From sequence record MH221129.1: a stretch of 64,000 nucleotides of DNA. One strand, 5' to 3'. The position numbers and the translations under genes were made by a program. This document shows, one piece after another, positions 51,569 through 61,360 of the stretch (positions are counted from its first letter, which is position 1; the number at the start of each line of letters is the position of its first letter). The notes under the pieces were generated by a model that saw only the letters and a list, made by a program, of their open reading frames with translations, ran no database searches and was not told where the DNA came from.

Positions 51569-54325
51569 ATGGAAGATATTAGTAAAATAACGGGCGACCC
51601 CGCGGTAGCCTCAATACTGCGTAAATCTACTGGGCCATCAGCTCAGCAGGAACGCGGTAAGCGAGAAGAGGGCGGCGTTACACCAACCCGTTCAGAACTC
51701 ACAGGCATTGCGAGTTCCCGCATCCGCACCGTTAAAAATGCCGAACGTATCTTTGATGCGCTCCCAGAGTTAGAGGTCATTGTCACCATTGCGACGTCCT
51801 CACTCCTGTCCACAAAAGATTTGATTAACACCACACTGATTTACGACAACGTGGCCGATATTCCTATCGATCTACGTAGTCAGCTGTTGGAACCGGTACG
51901 TGAATTCCACGACCACACACGTCAGCTGCCAAGTAAGTTGTATCAGTGGATGTATGATGCACTGAAATCCAAAGGTGCCAGCCCAGTTATGCTGATTTCA
52001 GATACGGGCTTTGACCAACTCTTTGGCTTGAAGCCGTCGGTCGCAACCGAATCCGTTCGTCGTAGCCAATCTGAATTCTTCGAACAGCAACTCGGTATTC
52101 TGGGTAGCATAAACCCATCCGAAAAACCAAAGGTTGGTGTTGAAAGTATTCTGGGTCGTGCACGCGGTGCTTCGAAGCCAACGAAACCACAGACGCTCAG
52201 CATTAACTTTGCTGCTGCGCCAGACAGCCCATTTAAAGCTGGCGGTGAATTGGCCACACTCGACATCACAGTCACAGATAACCCGCGTATTACCATGCTG
52301 CCAGAGGCTTATCGCCGGGTAGCACAGGAAAATGCACGCACTGGGTTGTTCGGACAATTAGAGCAGTCCGCATATGAACAACCTACAACGCCCAACGGCT
52401 CCAGTGAATTCAATGCAGACCGCTTTACGGACCGCGAGGAAGAACTGGCTAAACAGAATCTGATTAACCTTGGTGATCTGAACGAAACGTACAAGAACAC
52501 CCCGCAACAGAAACTGTATGCCGAAGTACCGAAGATGAGTTTTGCTGATGCAAACAAAATCGAGTACACAGAGCGATTGCTGCCTGCAGAATCTACGCTG
52601 CCGCTGGTTATCGGCGATGACGTCCGTAACCCAATCGGGTATCTGACTATTGTCGATGAAATGGGTAACTTCATTAACTCGCGTTCTACCCTGTACGGTG
52701 ATGCGAACTTCATGAACTACCTGAACAACGACGGGATGACGGATTCAACCATTAACCGTGCGAACCTCGGGATGGGTAATACCTCTCGTGTGACGCCGGA
52801 CATTGCCAACCGTCTAACCTCTCGTTACGGTGAAATTGCCGAAGACCAGCTGACCAAGGCGTTAGGTGAAGCATTGGGTGGTGCAGAAATTAGCATGACG
52901 GTAACGGAAACGTTTAGCCGTATCATGCTGGCGCGTCACTTGGCGAAGCGTCATACGCAGGTTATCTATATTCCTGCGGAAAACCTGTGTTACTTCGCGA
53001 CCGACTTCGACGAAGACGGTATCGGTGTGTCTATCACTGAGCGTTCGTTCGTTATCTCTACTGTACGTATGGCACTGTTGTTCGCTACCATGAACTCCGC
53101 GGTACTGAACTCTGCGCGTCACATGCAGTACGATATCGAGTTGTCTCCGGACGACATGAACCCACAGAAAACCATCGACCAGGTGAAAACCGACATCATG
53201 AACACCTACAACCGGCGTCAGCCGATGTGGGGGGACATGAACGACACATGGGCAATGACCACCAACGCAGGTGTGGCCTTTAACGTCACTGGGAACGATT
53301 ACTACGCATCCACGCGCATTAGTGTATCTGACACCACCCCTGACTATAAAGCGCCGGATGCAGAGTTTGATGAAACCTTGCTGCGTCGTACGTGTCACAT
53401 TGCTGGCGTTGACCCGGATCTGGTAATGACGCCGGAGAATATCGAATTTGCATCTCAGATCTTCTCCAAGTCACTGTTGGTAACGCAACAGATTACCAAG
53501 AAACAGGAAATTCTGTCTAAACCGCTGACCCGGTATGTGGTTAACGGTCTGTTGGCTTCCCCGTCGTTGCAGTCTTCGTTGATTAAAATCATCGCGGAGT
53601 ACATCAATGCAAACGGTAACGGGATGACCACCGACCAGATTACTGCACAGATTTCTGAATACCTGGCGAAGTTCATCAACGGTATGAAAGTTACTCTGCC
53701 GCCGCCAGATACCTCAGCTGCTGCTTCTCAGATGGATTTGTTCGATAAACGTATCGAGTTCTTTGAGAAACTGGCCGACCTGGTCGTGACAGAAGACCTG
53801 TCCAATGCGCTCCAGAACGAAGGCATCGAGATGTCGCCTGATGACCTGAAGACCATGATTAAATCCTTCTACGCCCGTAACTGGCTGCGTAAACAGGGTA
53901 TTGAGAATGAGTTCTTCGATCTTATCTACGATGATGAGAATCGTCAGGACAACATTAAGATGATCGTTGATGATTCCATCACGGCGTCTAAAGGTCTTAT
54001 TCAGCTGGCGAAGAAATTCACTGGTCGTCTTGAGACACTGGCGAAGAACGCTGACCTTGACCCGAACGCTGCACCAGGCGGGTTTGACAACAGCTTCGGT
54101 GGGGATACTACCGGGGGTGGGGATGATGATGGCTTCGGTGGAGAAGGAGGCGGTGATGGTGGGTTAGACGACGATTTGAGTCTGGACATTGACACTACCG
54201 GTGCGGATGATTCCGCAGACGGGGCTGATGGTGCAGACCAAACCGGCGGTGATCTGAATGCAGGTAGCGGTGACGCTACCGGTGGTGATGGCACAAGCGG
54301 TGAAGGTGATCTTCCACCTAGTTAA
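51569..54325 (+). CDS. Portal protein (phiKZ-like), with G/D-rich C-terminal tail
   Basis: 918 aa on the opposite strand in the core block; AxE sites ATE-161 and AQE-254 match processing sites I recall for the SPN3US portal. Confidence 0.8.
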   Translation: MEDISKITGDPAVASILRKSTGPSAQQERGKREEGGVTPTRSELTGIASSRIRTVKNAERIFDALPELEVIVTIATSSLLSTKDLINTTLIYDNVADIPIDLRSQLLEPVREFHDHTRQLPSKLYQWMYDALKSKGASPVMLISDTGFDQLFGLKPSVATESVRRSQSEFFEQQLGILGSINPSEKPKVGVESILGRARGASKPTKPQTLSINFAAAPDSPFKAGGELATLDITVTDNPRITMLPEAYRRVAQENARTGLFGQLEQSAYEQPTTPNGSSEFNADRFTDREEELAKQNLINLGDLNETYKNTPQQKLYAEVPKMSFADANKIEYTERLLPAESTLPLVIGDDVRNPIGYLTIVDEMGNFINSRSTLYGDANFMNYLNNDGMTDSTINRANLGMGNTSRVTPDIANRLTSRYGEIAEDQLTKALGEALGGAEISMTVTETFSRIMLARHLAKRHTQVIYIPAENLCYFATDFDEDGIGVSITERSFVISTVRMALLFATMNSAVLNSARHMQYDIELSPDDMNPQKTIDQVKTDIMNTYNRRQPMWGDMNDTWAMTTNAGVAFNVTGNDYYASTRISVSDTTPDYKAPDAEFDETLLRRTCHIAGVDPDLVMTPENIEFASQIFSKSLLVTQQITKKQEILSKPLTRYVVNGLLASPSLQSSLIKIIAEYINANGNGMTTDQITAQISEYLAKFINGMKVTLPPPDTSAAASQMDLFDKRIEFFEKLADLVVTEDLSNALQNEGIEMSPDDLKTMIKSFYARNWLRKQGIENEFFDLIYDDENRQDNIKMIVDDSITASKGLIQLAKKFTGRLETLAKNADLDPNAAPGGFDNSFGGDTTGGGDDDGFGGEGGGDGGLDDDLSLDIDTTGADDSADGADGADQTGGDLNAGSGDATGGDGTSGEGDLPPS

Positions 54326-54354
54326 TCGCTAAAAGCAAAAAAAAAAATAAAGAG

Positions 54355-54383
54355 CCCGTTCCACCCCTTCGGGGGTGGGCGGG
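54355..54383. terminator. Bidirectional terminator between convergent genes, UUCG loop on plus
   Basis: CCACCCC-ttcg-GGGGTGG with T-tract after and A-tract before. Confidence 0.85.
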
Positions 54384-54395
54384 TTATCTTTTTTC

Positions 54396-54701
54396 TTAAT
54401 CTTCATCAGCCTGTGGTTTTGGTTTATTGACCAACTCGTCGAGCATGATACCAATCGCCAGAGGGTCCTTCAGGAAGGGTTCTAGCTTTGCCTTAACCTC
54501 GGGTAGCTTTGCTGCCTCTACGGCTTGCATAAGCGTTTTACGGGCGTTATAGAAGATTTGCCAACGACGACCAAAGGTAATGGACGTCTTAGCTTCACGG
54601 AAGGCAGACAGAAACGTCTCAGTAGCGTTCGTTTCAGGAAGTTCAAAGCGAAAACGCACACTGCGATCGTAATCCATGTTAATAACTATTAACTTCACCA
54701 T
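54396..54701 (-). CDS. Hypothetical protein (101 aa)
   Basis: ORF track. Confidence 0.7.
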   Translation of the reverse strand: MVKLIVINMDYDRSVRFRFELPETNATETFLSAFREAKTSITFGRRWQIFYNARKTLMQAVEAAKLPEVKAKLEPFLKDPLAIGIMLDELVNKPKPQADED

Positions 54702-54721
54702 GCTCGAACCTCGTTATAGAG

Positions 54722-54952
54722 CTACTCTATATTAAGGCTTAAATCGTCAATACGGAGATTCAGAATATCCGCATAGAGTTCCATGGCGTTCAGCTGCATC
54801 ATGAGCAGCCCCTGCTGTTTCACGGGGAGTTCATTAAACTCAAAGCTGCCTTTCATCTCACGCAGAGCAGTAATCTTTGTTTCTAACTCTGCGGACTCAG
54901 CTTTTATCGATGCAATCAGATCGCTGTTAACGTCTTGATTCTCGTTTTCCAT
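54722..54952 (-). CDS. Small helical-hairpin protein, crAss001_48-like
   Basis: E..EL..KI..L......F..L...QQ.LL..QL.AM..Y..IL..RI pattern; AAGGAG RBS. Confidence 0.6.
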   Translation of the reverse strand: MENENQDVNSDLIASIKAESAELETKITALREMKGSFEFNELPVKQQGLLMMQLNAMELYADILNLRIDDLSLNIE

Positions 54953-54981
54953 TTGACTCTCCTTACAAATAAAAAATAATA

Positions 54982-54999
54982 GGAGACCCGAAGGTCTCC
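54982..54999 (-). terminator. Terminator, UUCG loop
   Basis: GGAGACC-cgaa-GGTCTCC with A-tract on plus. Confidence 0.85.
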
Positions 55000-55006
55000 G
55001 TATTAG

Positions 55007-56671
55007 TTAGTAATGCACGGCCGCAGTTTTCTCACCGTTGCTCAGGAGCAGGTAAGTCTGTTGTGGCAGCTGCATCATCACTTGCACGTGGGGCTGTTCT
55101 TCCAGAATCGCCTCATAGATAGACACGACCGGGTCAGCCGTATTGCCCAGGGAGGCCACGGTTACCACATCATGTTTTTCCACGGAGTTATACAGGCCAG
55201 GTACCACAATGGTGATCAGGCTCTGAATCAAATTAATGGTAGAAGCAGAATCACTCAGCTTGATAGTCAGCTTACGTAGAGAAGTAGCAACCATCAGGAA
55301 CAGGTCACGGAACCAATCTTCGTGTTCACTTACACCGTTATCGCCAGCGGTTGCGGCAAACAGGTCTTTTGCGAAGAAGGTAATATCGTCAGGAGCACGC
55401 TCCAGTTCGATAGTGCCATTAATAGTTGGGACTTCGGTACCACGATTAGTGCCCAGTGCCAGCGCGTTATGAACCAGGAGGGTGATGTTCGCCATATATG
55501 CGTTTGCGAAACGGGCTACTTCACTTACCACCACTTCAGATTCATCACTGTTCTCTACCGCATAATCGTGCAGAGAGATAGTGTTCTTACGCATATCCGT
55601 CAAGATATTTTGTACCTTGGTGATCAGGCGCTCGACATCGTCAATCGCATACAGATCATCCAGCTCGCCTTTCAGTGCATCGTGCTTAGCCACGAACTGA
55701 CGAACTTTGTCCTGCATATCTTTATTCACACCAACCAGATATGCGCGATAGCTATCACGCGCACGCACAATCAGATCTGCGCCCTGATAAAATACCACTT
55801 CTTCTTTACCATTGAACAGATCTTGTAACGGCGATGCCCAGTCGCGAGTTTCCGCAAACACGGATTGTTTGATGCGGCTGTTGGCTTCTTTCGCCGGGAT
55901 GGTCATTTTGGCTTCTGGCGTTTTCAGCTCATGAAGTTTGTAGTCTTCCACATCAATCTCCTGCAAGATATTGTTAACTGGGCTATTTGTGTTCGCGGGC
56001 TGCCGCTCGCTAATGGCTGCGCCGAGTGTGTCGTTTACGGGTACGTTAAATTGGCGGGTTGGTTCCAGCTGAGAAGCTGTTTGTGGAACTTCAACCGTGA
56101 TCGGTGCCGGTGCCTGTTGCTGCGGAGCAGCAGGTTGCGTCGTTGTTTGTGGTGACAGCAGTGGGTCGTTAACGAGATCGATTTCCGCACTCGGCGCAAT
56201 AACCGAAATCCCATTACCTGTACCACCGACACGTACACCACCAGACGGCTGGTTAGAGAGCGTTAGCCCGTCAGTAACACGGATACCGCCACTGCTACTA
56301 CCACCACCCAGCAGTCCGCCGGCATTACCACCCAAACTGTTTTCCTGAGCTTTACGCACTTGTTGAAGAATGTTAGACACCTCTTCCCATGCTTTAGTCA
56401 GTCGGGTGTGACGATCGTCGTTGTACTGGTTACCGGAACGCTGCATCTGCTGATACACCGTTGCTTTATAGGCATCGACTGCGTAAGCGACGATTTGGTC
56501 TTCGCTACCACCTTTTTGTCGTGCATATTCTGCAACGAGTGTCGCGATCTTTAACGCCTGTTCCGGAGCCATATTCAGCTTCTTCATGACGTTATTCAGC
56601 TCAGTTAGTGTCTGATCGCGATTCAGTTGGTTAACGATGACTTTGGTGATTTGTTCAACAGAAATACTCAT
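55007..56671 (-). CDS. Conserved hypothetical protein (554 aa) with G-rich and Q/P-rich linker
   Basis: ORF track; TAAGGAG RBS; adjacent to the RNAP subunit. Confidence 0.8.
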   Translation of the reverse strand: MSISVEQITKVIVNQLNRDQTLTELNNVMKKLNMAPEQALKIATLVAEYARQKGGSEDQIVAYAVDAYKATVYQQMQRSGNQYNDDRHTRLTKAWEEVSNILQQVRKAQENSLGGNAGGLLGGGSSSGGIRVTDGLTLSNQPSGGVRVGGTGNGISVIAPSAEIDLVNDPLLSPQTTTQPAAPQQQAPAPITVEVPQTASQLEPTRQFNVPVNDTLGAAISERQPANTNSPVNNILQEIDVEDYKLHELKTPEAKMTIPAKEANSRIKQSVFAETRDWASPLQDLFNGKEEVVFYQGADLIVRARDSYRAYLVGVNKDMQDKVRQFVAKHDALKGELDDLYAIDDVERLITKVQNILTDMRKNTISLHDYAVENSDESEVVVSEVARFANAYMANITLLVHNALALGTNRGTEVPTINGTIELERAPDDITFFAKDLFAATAGDNGVSEHEDWFRDLFLMVATSLRKLTIKLSDSASTINLIQSLITIVVPGLYNSVEKHDVVTVASLGNTADPVVSIYEAILEEQPHVQVMMQLPQQTYLLLSNGEKTAAVHY

Positions 56672-56701
56672 TGTGAATAATACTCCTTAAGGGATAATAA
56701 A

Positions 56702-58495
56702 TTAACGGCCGATTTTCGCGATATCTTCTTCGGTCGGTCTGATGTACGGCTCGAGCTTCGGATTACGTACGATAACCAGGCTCGGGTTGGTTTTCATGTA
56801 CGGGTTAAGGATGTTGGCCTTAAACGGTGCGGACTTCGGAATGTAGTAGACGTTACCTGCTTCCAGATGCGATGCAGATGCGTGCTTCGTCCGGTCGTTA
56901 AGGTTAACGGTCTTCCCTCCTTTCTTCGAACGTTTCGCGTCAGTTTCAGTCTGACCAATGGCGTGTGTAGATACCGCCAAGACCATCGATTCTGTCGCTG
57001 CGTTGAAGAAGCTAATACCACCATTGCCAGTGATGTTACGTAGCACCAGATTCAACACTATCTGTTTATTCAGTGCATCGCGAATTGACTTGGCGGCAGT
57101 TTCTGGCGTACGGTGTTCCAGTTGCCCCAGTTTCCATCGTATCTTGGAGATCGTTGTGGTGAACCCACGTTGGCCCAACAACAGATAGTCAGTCACCGTC
57201 AGACGTTTACCATACATTGATGGGATGTCGTCTTGCTTCGTCAATCGTGTACGTACCATTAACTGCGTGGTGTACCAGAGGAAATCAAACATATCCATAT
57301 CGTCCGGGATACTCGGGTCGTTCGCCATCAGTTCACCACGGAATGTGCTGTTAACATAACGCTCACACTCTTGGAAGTGGTTGTCCATACTGCGGCCTAA
57401 CTCGATATCGGACGGTTTCAGTCCACGAATACTGCGACCCAACACCTCACGCCAGGACGCGGCAGAGTTGATGTTAGCAATATCTTCGTCAAACGCCATT
57501 TCGTTGATTTGAGTGAACAGTCCAGGCAGAACGGGTGCGCGACCGTTCTTACTATTCTGTTTACTTGCGTAGTAGTGTGCAGCTTTGAAGAAGGCAGCCA
57601 GTGCGACTAACAATAAGTGCTCTTGCTGCTCCCAACGCGCCACGTCCACGTTTGGCAAATCACTACGTTTCACCAGCAAGACATACTGGATATGTTTCGC
57701 CAGTTGTGGTTCACCTGATTGGATAACCACATATTTCTCGAGATCGACGTTACGGACATTCACTGCAGGCCATATTGCCACATCCACGCCCGTACAGCGC
57801 TTCACAGCCTGTTTAAAGCCATAACGACCGAACAGCCAATACATCAGTGGCTTCTCGTCTGTATCGTGCCCTATTGGTCCTGTGGAGACGAATAGGTTCG
57901 ATGTACCCGGTAGGAACAATTGCTCTGGTCGACCGTTTACCAGAATCTTGGTTGGTTTCTTACAGAACTTGATAGACACCTTGCGGGTGAAGTCAAAGTT
58001 GATAAAGATACCACCATGTTCACGACAGATGCCCGGTTGGTGGATAACTGGCGCGACATGATACGTAGTGCCGTAGTAATTCATTAAACCACCACGGCGA
58101 ATAAACGGTAGGCTTATCGGACGCATCACTGGACGTGAGTCACCAGGAATACGGAACGATGCCATGACCATATACGTATCCGTTGCCGAGATGTTGATAA
58201 TGCTGCGGCCACGATTGTTACGGGAATTGTTGTCCGACTTCGACAACTTGAAAATGTACGCTTCGAACGGCGACATGTGTCGGCATCCCAGTACCGTCAA
58301 ACCTTCTGGCAGTTTCGGGTTATCGACTTCATCGTACGTTAATTCACGACGCAGTATTGTGCTTACACGATCGTGAATACCATCCTTCGCTTGTGTGTAC
58401 CCAACACCTTCTGCTATAGCCCGATTAAAAGGCACGATCTCACCTGCCTCTTTCATCATCCTAATCGCATCTTTAAACACACTGGCCTCCCTCAA
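56702..58495 (-). CDS. Non-virion RNA polymerase beta-type subunit (phiKZ gp123-like)
   Basis: LPFIRRGGLM.YYGT.YHV.PV, RLTVTDY, H.S..E.G..Y..PKS.P...LNP motifs; conserved position two core genes from the capsid gene. Confidence 0.75.
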   Translation of the reverse strand: MREASVFKDAIRMMKEAGEIVPFNRAIAEGVGYTQAKDGIHDRVSTILRRELTYDEVDNPKLPEGLTVLGCRHMSPFEAYIFKLSKSDNNSRNNRGRSIINISATDTYMVMASFRIPGDSRPVMRPISLPFIRRGGLMNYYGTTYHVAPVIHQPGICREHGGIFINFDFTRKVSIKFCKKPTKILVNGRPEQLFLPGTSNLFVSTGPIGHDTDEKPLMYWLFGRYGFKQAVKRCTGVDVAIWPAVNVRNVDLEKYVVIQSGEPQLAKHIQYVLLVKRSDLPNVDVARWEQQEHLLLVALAAFFKAAHYYASKQNSKNGRAPVLPGLFTQINEMAFDEDIANINSAASWREVLGRSIRGLKPSDIELGRSMDNHFQECERYVNSTFRGELMANDPSIPDDMDMFDFLWYTTQLMVRTRLTKQDDIPSMYGKRLTVTDYLLLGQRGFTTTISKIRWKLGQLEHRTPETAAKSIRDALNKQIVLNLVLRNITGNGGISFFNAATESMVLAVSTHAIGQTETDAKRSKKGGKTVNLNDRTKHASASHLEAGNVYYIPKSAPFKANILNPYMKTNPSLVIVRNPKLEPYIRPTEEDIAKIGR

Positions 58496-59496
58496 AGAAT
58501 CATCCCGACTAGCGCCACACCGGCGGCGAGGTAGGCAGGAATGGATTTCATAAACTCCGAACTATCTTTACGTTGATAAGCTCGGGACTCGTAATGGTCT
58601 TTACGAACATCCGAACGAAGCTTCAGTTCGTTCGACTGCAATGTGTTGAGTGTGCTTATCCTCTCTTTTTCTAAAGCCAAGTTGTTTAGTTGGGTACGAT
58701 AATCTAAATCTTGTTGAGCTTTTCGGTCGTCGAGATCTTGCAGTTTGGATTGATACGATGCTTCTAACTTCGTTCTAATATCCCGCAAGTCAGGCAAGGA
58801 GTCTATCCATCGATAACTTCTCGCCTCATCTTCTGTTGCAAACGCCCTAAATGGTGACAGTGCATCATCAAATGGAAATAACAGCATCCTGCCATTCTCC
58901 ACGCAATCCCCGCCACCGATGACCATGTAAATCCCTTCGTCGTAATACTTCGACCGAATCGGCTCCACCTCCAACATGGACGTGTAGAACCTCACCCACT
59001 TCAAGTTCTTCGGATCATCATACCGTTGAACGACTACCACGCCTAAAGCAAATTCCTTACGGTCTCCTCCAGGTCTTCCAACCATTTCAGAATCCAGTTT
59101 GACCGGTTGCGTTGAGAAGGCCATACCCAGCTTTCTTAACACCACCAAGTCACCACGCATTAACGCACCAATGTCATCCACAACGTACATCAGTGTGGTC
59201 GACCCTGTGGAGGTTAACTCCTTGCACATTTGCGTGTACTGTTTAGGAGAGTGTCCGTCGCGCAATCCTGACAGATTAGCCCCACTCCCCATGACCGTAT
59301 AGGTAACGTACACCACAATCCCAAACTCCGCTGCTGTCTTCATTGACGGGGATAAAACAAAATGCCCGCCACTGAGTTCAGTGACGTAGATGGGAAATCC
59401 GGTATTATTTTCGTACGTGATAGTTTTCGACACAGCACCGTGATGCAAGGGCTGCTGGGTTAGCGTGGGTTCAATATCTAAATCATAACGATTCAT
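58492..59496 (-). CDS. Conserved core protein with C-terminal coiled coil and hydrophobic tail
   Basis: Probable start MNRYDL at 59496; ends AYLAAGVALVGMIL. Confidence 0.7.
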   Translation of the reverse strand: MNRYDLDIEPTLTQQPLHHGAVSKTITYENNTGFPIYVTELSGGHFVLSPSMKTAAEFGIVVYVTYTVMGSGANLSGLRDGHSPKQYTQMCKELTSTGSTTLMYVVDDIGALMRGDLVVLRKLGMAFSTQPVKLDSEMVGRPGGDRKEFALGVVVVQRYDDPKNLKWVRFYTSMLEVEPIRSKYYDEGIYMVIGGGDCVENGRMLLFPFDDALSPFRAFATEDEARSYRWIDSLPDLRDIRTKLEASYQSKLQDLDDRKAQQDLDYRTQLNNLALEKERISTLNTLQSNELKLRSDVRKDHYESRAYQRKDSSEFMKSIPAYLAAGVALVGMIL

Positions 59497-59527
59497 CAAG
59501 CATCCCAGTAATAATACCAATCAACAA

Positions 59528-59553
59528 GTCACGTAGATAATATCTATCTCAGT
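59528..59553 (-). promoter_or_regulatory. Early/middle promoter variant ACTGAGATAGATATTAT-CTAC-GTGAC
   Basis: Gapless alignment to the 26-bp motif. Confidence 0.65.
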
Positions 59554-59600
59554 TTACTTTGGGCGTGAGTACATACCCACTGCCCCAATCGTAAAAAACA

Positions 59601-60299
59601 TCAAGGTATCAAGCGGGTGGCGAGTTCACGTAACTGGGAGCGTGTTAAATCGGCCAATTTCTGATTACCGAACCCTAACTTTAACTCTAGCTCGTACCCT
59701 GCCGTTGGATACGTTTGTGTATCGGCGATGGATAGTAATGCATCAGCCACATTTATCATGGACAAATCAAGGGACGCATACGGAGTCGGTACCGGCTGAT
59801 CCACGATGCGATAGTTATAATACACACTGTTATTATCAAGAGTAAATTCCATCCTTCTCCCTGGAACGTTATACGACTCTGCAGAACAACTGCCCAACGG
59901 ATGATTAACGCGTACCCACAGATTTTCTCGCTCAGTAAACCCGGTCGCGAAATTCCGGCGCACCGTATCGAAAATGTGTGCGGCCTGGGTGTGGTGCAGT
60001 TCATTCAAATCGGTGTAGTCGTAGTCAGCCCTAGAATATAAAACGAATATAACGTCATTTATATTCAGTTCCGTACTGCCCATCTTGGGACCGCTGTCGC
60101 TTTGTAAATGAAGCTCCCACATTTTTACCCACTGCAAAATCGCAAGCACCGCATCGCGACTGAGATAAAAATTGGTAGGCTCGACGGCAGCGTCAGCGAA
60201 CGAGAGTCGACACTCTGATTCAAAGTGCCCAGCGGCCATAAACCCTCTGCCGTCAAACATAGGCGCAATTAATTTCGATTTCTCCAGATTGATTTCCAT
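59601..60299 (-). CDS. Hypothetical protein (232 aa), paralog of 60310..61017
   Basis: Shared C-terminal P..GY.L.L..G.G motif. Confidence 0.7.
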   Translation of the reverse strand: MEINLEKSKLIAPMFDGRGFMAAGHFESECRLSFADAAVEPTNFYLSRDAVLAILQWVKMWELHLQSDSGPKMGSTELNINDVIFVLYSRADYDYTDLNELHHTQAAHIFDTVRRNFATGFTERENLWVRVNHPLGSCSAESYNVPGRRMEFTLDNNSVYYNYRIVDQPVPTPYASLDLSMINVADALLSIADTQTYPTAGYELELKLGFGNQKLADLTRSQLRELATRLIP

Positions 60300-60309
60300 C
60301 TAAGTCTCC

Positions 60310-61017
60310 TTATTTCATTAGTTTACGTTGGATTGCTTTGAGATCGTTTTTGGTTGGGTGGCCGAAATTAAGTTGACCTAAACCACATTCCAAAGCGAGA
60401 GTATAACCCGTCTCTGGCAGGCTATTCGTTTCGGTAACACCGCCTAACAAATCACTAAGGTACGGGAAGTACGCAGGTAAGACTTCAAAGGGTTCGATGT
60501 CGGTGTAGGTGTCGTGAAAGTCTTCTGCGATATATTGGCGAATGCGGCCAGGAACCATCCAGCGCTTACTGCCTTCACGACGAAACGCGAAACCGACATC
60601 AATTCCAATCGACCCTGACGACCCCGTTCGATGTAACCCCACCATTAGGTCATCCCGGTTAGAACCGGAAGAACCACTATACAGGTATACGAACTCAGCG
60701 TCGCGGTAATAAAAACCCAACAGTTGATCAATACGCTGTAGATTTTTCTCCAGCTGCTCTAGGCCATTTTCTTCCCACGGTAAGACCAGGCAGAATCGAT
60801 CGTCGCCCCAATGCAGATACTCCGGCCTAATCACATCATAGCCCAGGCCATGGTGATGGATGTGGTCATCATAATTCACAACAACGTATCGAATGGCCTC
60901 ATGGAAGCAAATAAACTGTTCTTCAGTGAAGTAGTAGTCACCCAGGCCCTCTATCTTCAAACTGATGCCGCCGCGCGTTTGACGTACATCTATAACGTCA
61001 GTTAAACGAATATCCAT
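60310..61017 (-). CDS. Hypothetical protein (235 aa), paralog of 59601..60299
   Basis: ORF track; TAAGGAG RBS. Confidence 0.7.
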   Translation of the reverse strand: MDIRLTDVIDVRQTRGGISLKIEGLGDYYFTEEQFICFHEAIRYVVVNYDDHIHHHGLGYDVIRPEYLHWGDDRFCLVLPWEENGLEQLEKNLQRIDQLLGFYYRDAEFVYLYSGSSGSNRDDLMVGLHRTGSSGSIGIDVGFAFRREGSKRWMVPGRIRQYIAEDFHDTYTDIEPFEVLPAYFPYLSDLLGGVTETNSLPETGYTLALECGLGQLNFGHPTKNDLKAIQRKLMK

Positions 61018-61032
61018 TACATACTCCTTAAG

Positions 61033-61284
61033 TTACGATGGGAATTTCCCGCTACGAACAACATTCATTTTATCAAGCAGTTTTTGCACCTCAGCAGCCT
61101 GCTCAGGGCTAAGGTCTTTTTCTTTGGCTTGCCGTAACGCAATCTTAAACGAGGTTTCAATCTGTTTCATGGTACATTGTAAACAAATCATTTTAACCCA
61201 TCGCGGTGACCACGGCGACAGCCCTACTTTACCTAATAGAAACAGCTTTACCTTGTGTCCATACGCAGTTAAAAGTCCTTTCAT
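61033..61284 (-). CDS. Small hypothetical protein (83 aa)
   Basis: ORF track; TAAGGAG RBS. Confidence 0.7.
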   Translation of the reverse strand: MKGLLTAYGHKVKLFLLGKVGLSPWSPRWVKMICLQCTMKQIETSFKIALRQAKEKDLSPEQAAEVQKLLDKMNVVRSGKFPS

Positions 61285-61314
61285 TACAATCTCCTTAAGT
61301 TAAAGCAAACGACT

Positions 61315-61340
61315 CTCCCTAAGATAATATCTATCTATAA
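61315..61340 (-). promoter_or_regulatory. Early promoter variant TTATAGATAGATATTAT-CTTA-GGGAG
   Basis: Gapless alignment to the motif; follows terminator 61361. Confidence 0.65.
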
Positions 61341-61360
61341 AATTTTAGAAAAAAAGAAAA

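Noticed and set aside
56702-58495. Intron or intein in the RNAP subunit
   Set aside because: Single uninterrupted ORF with no Hint or homing-endonuclease motifs
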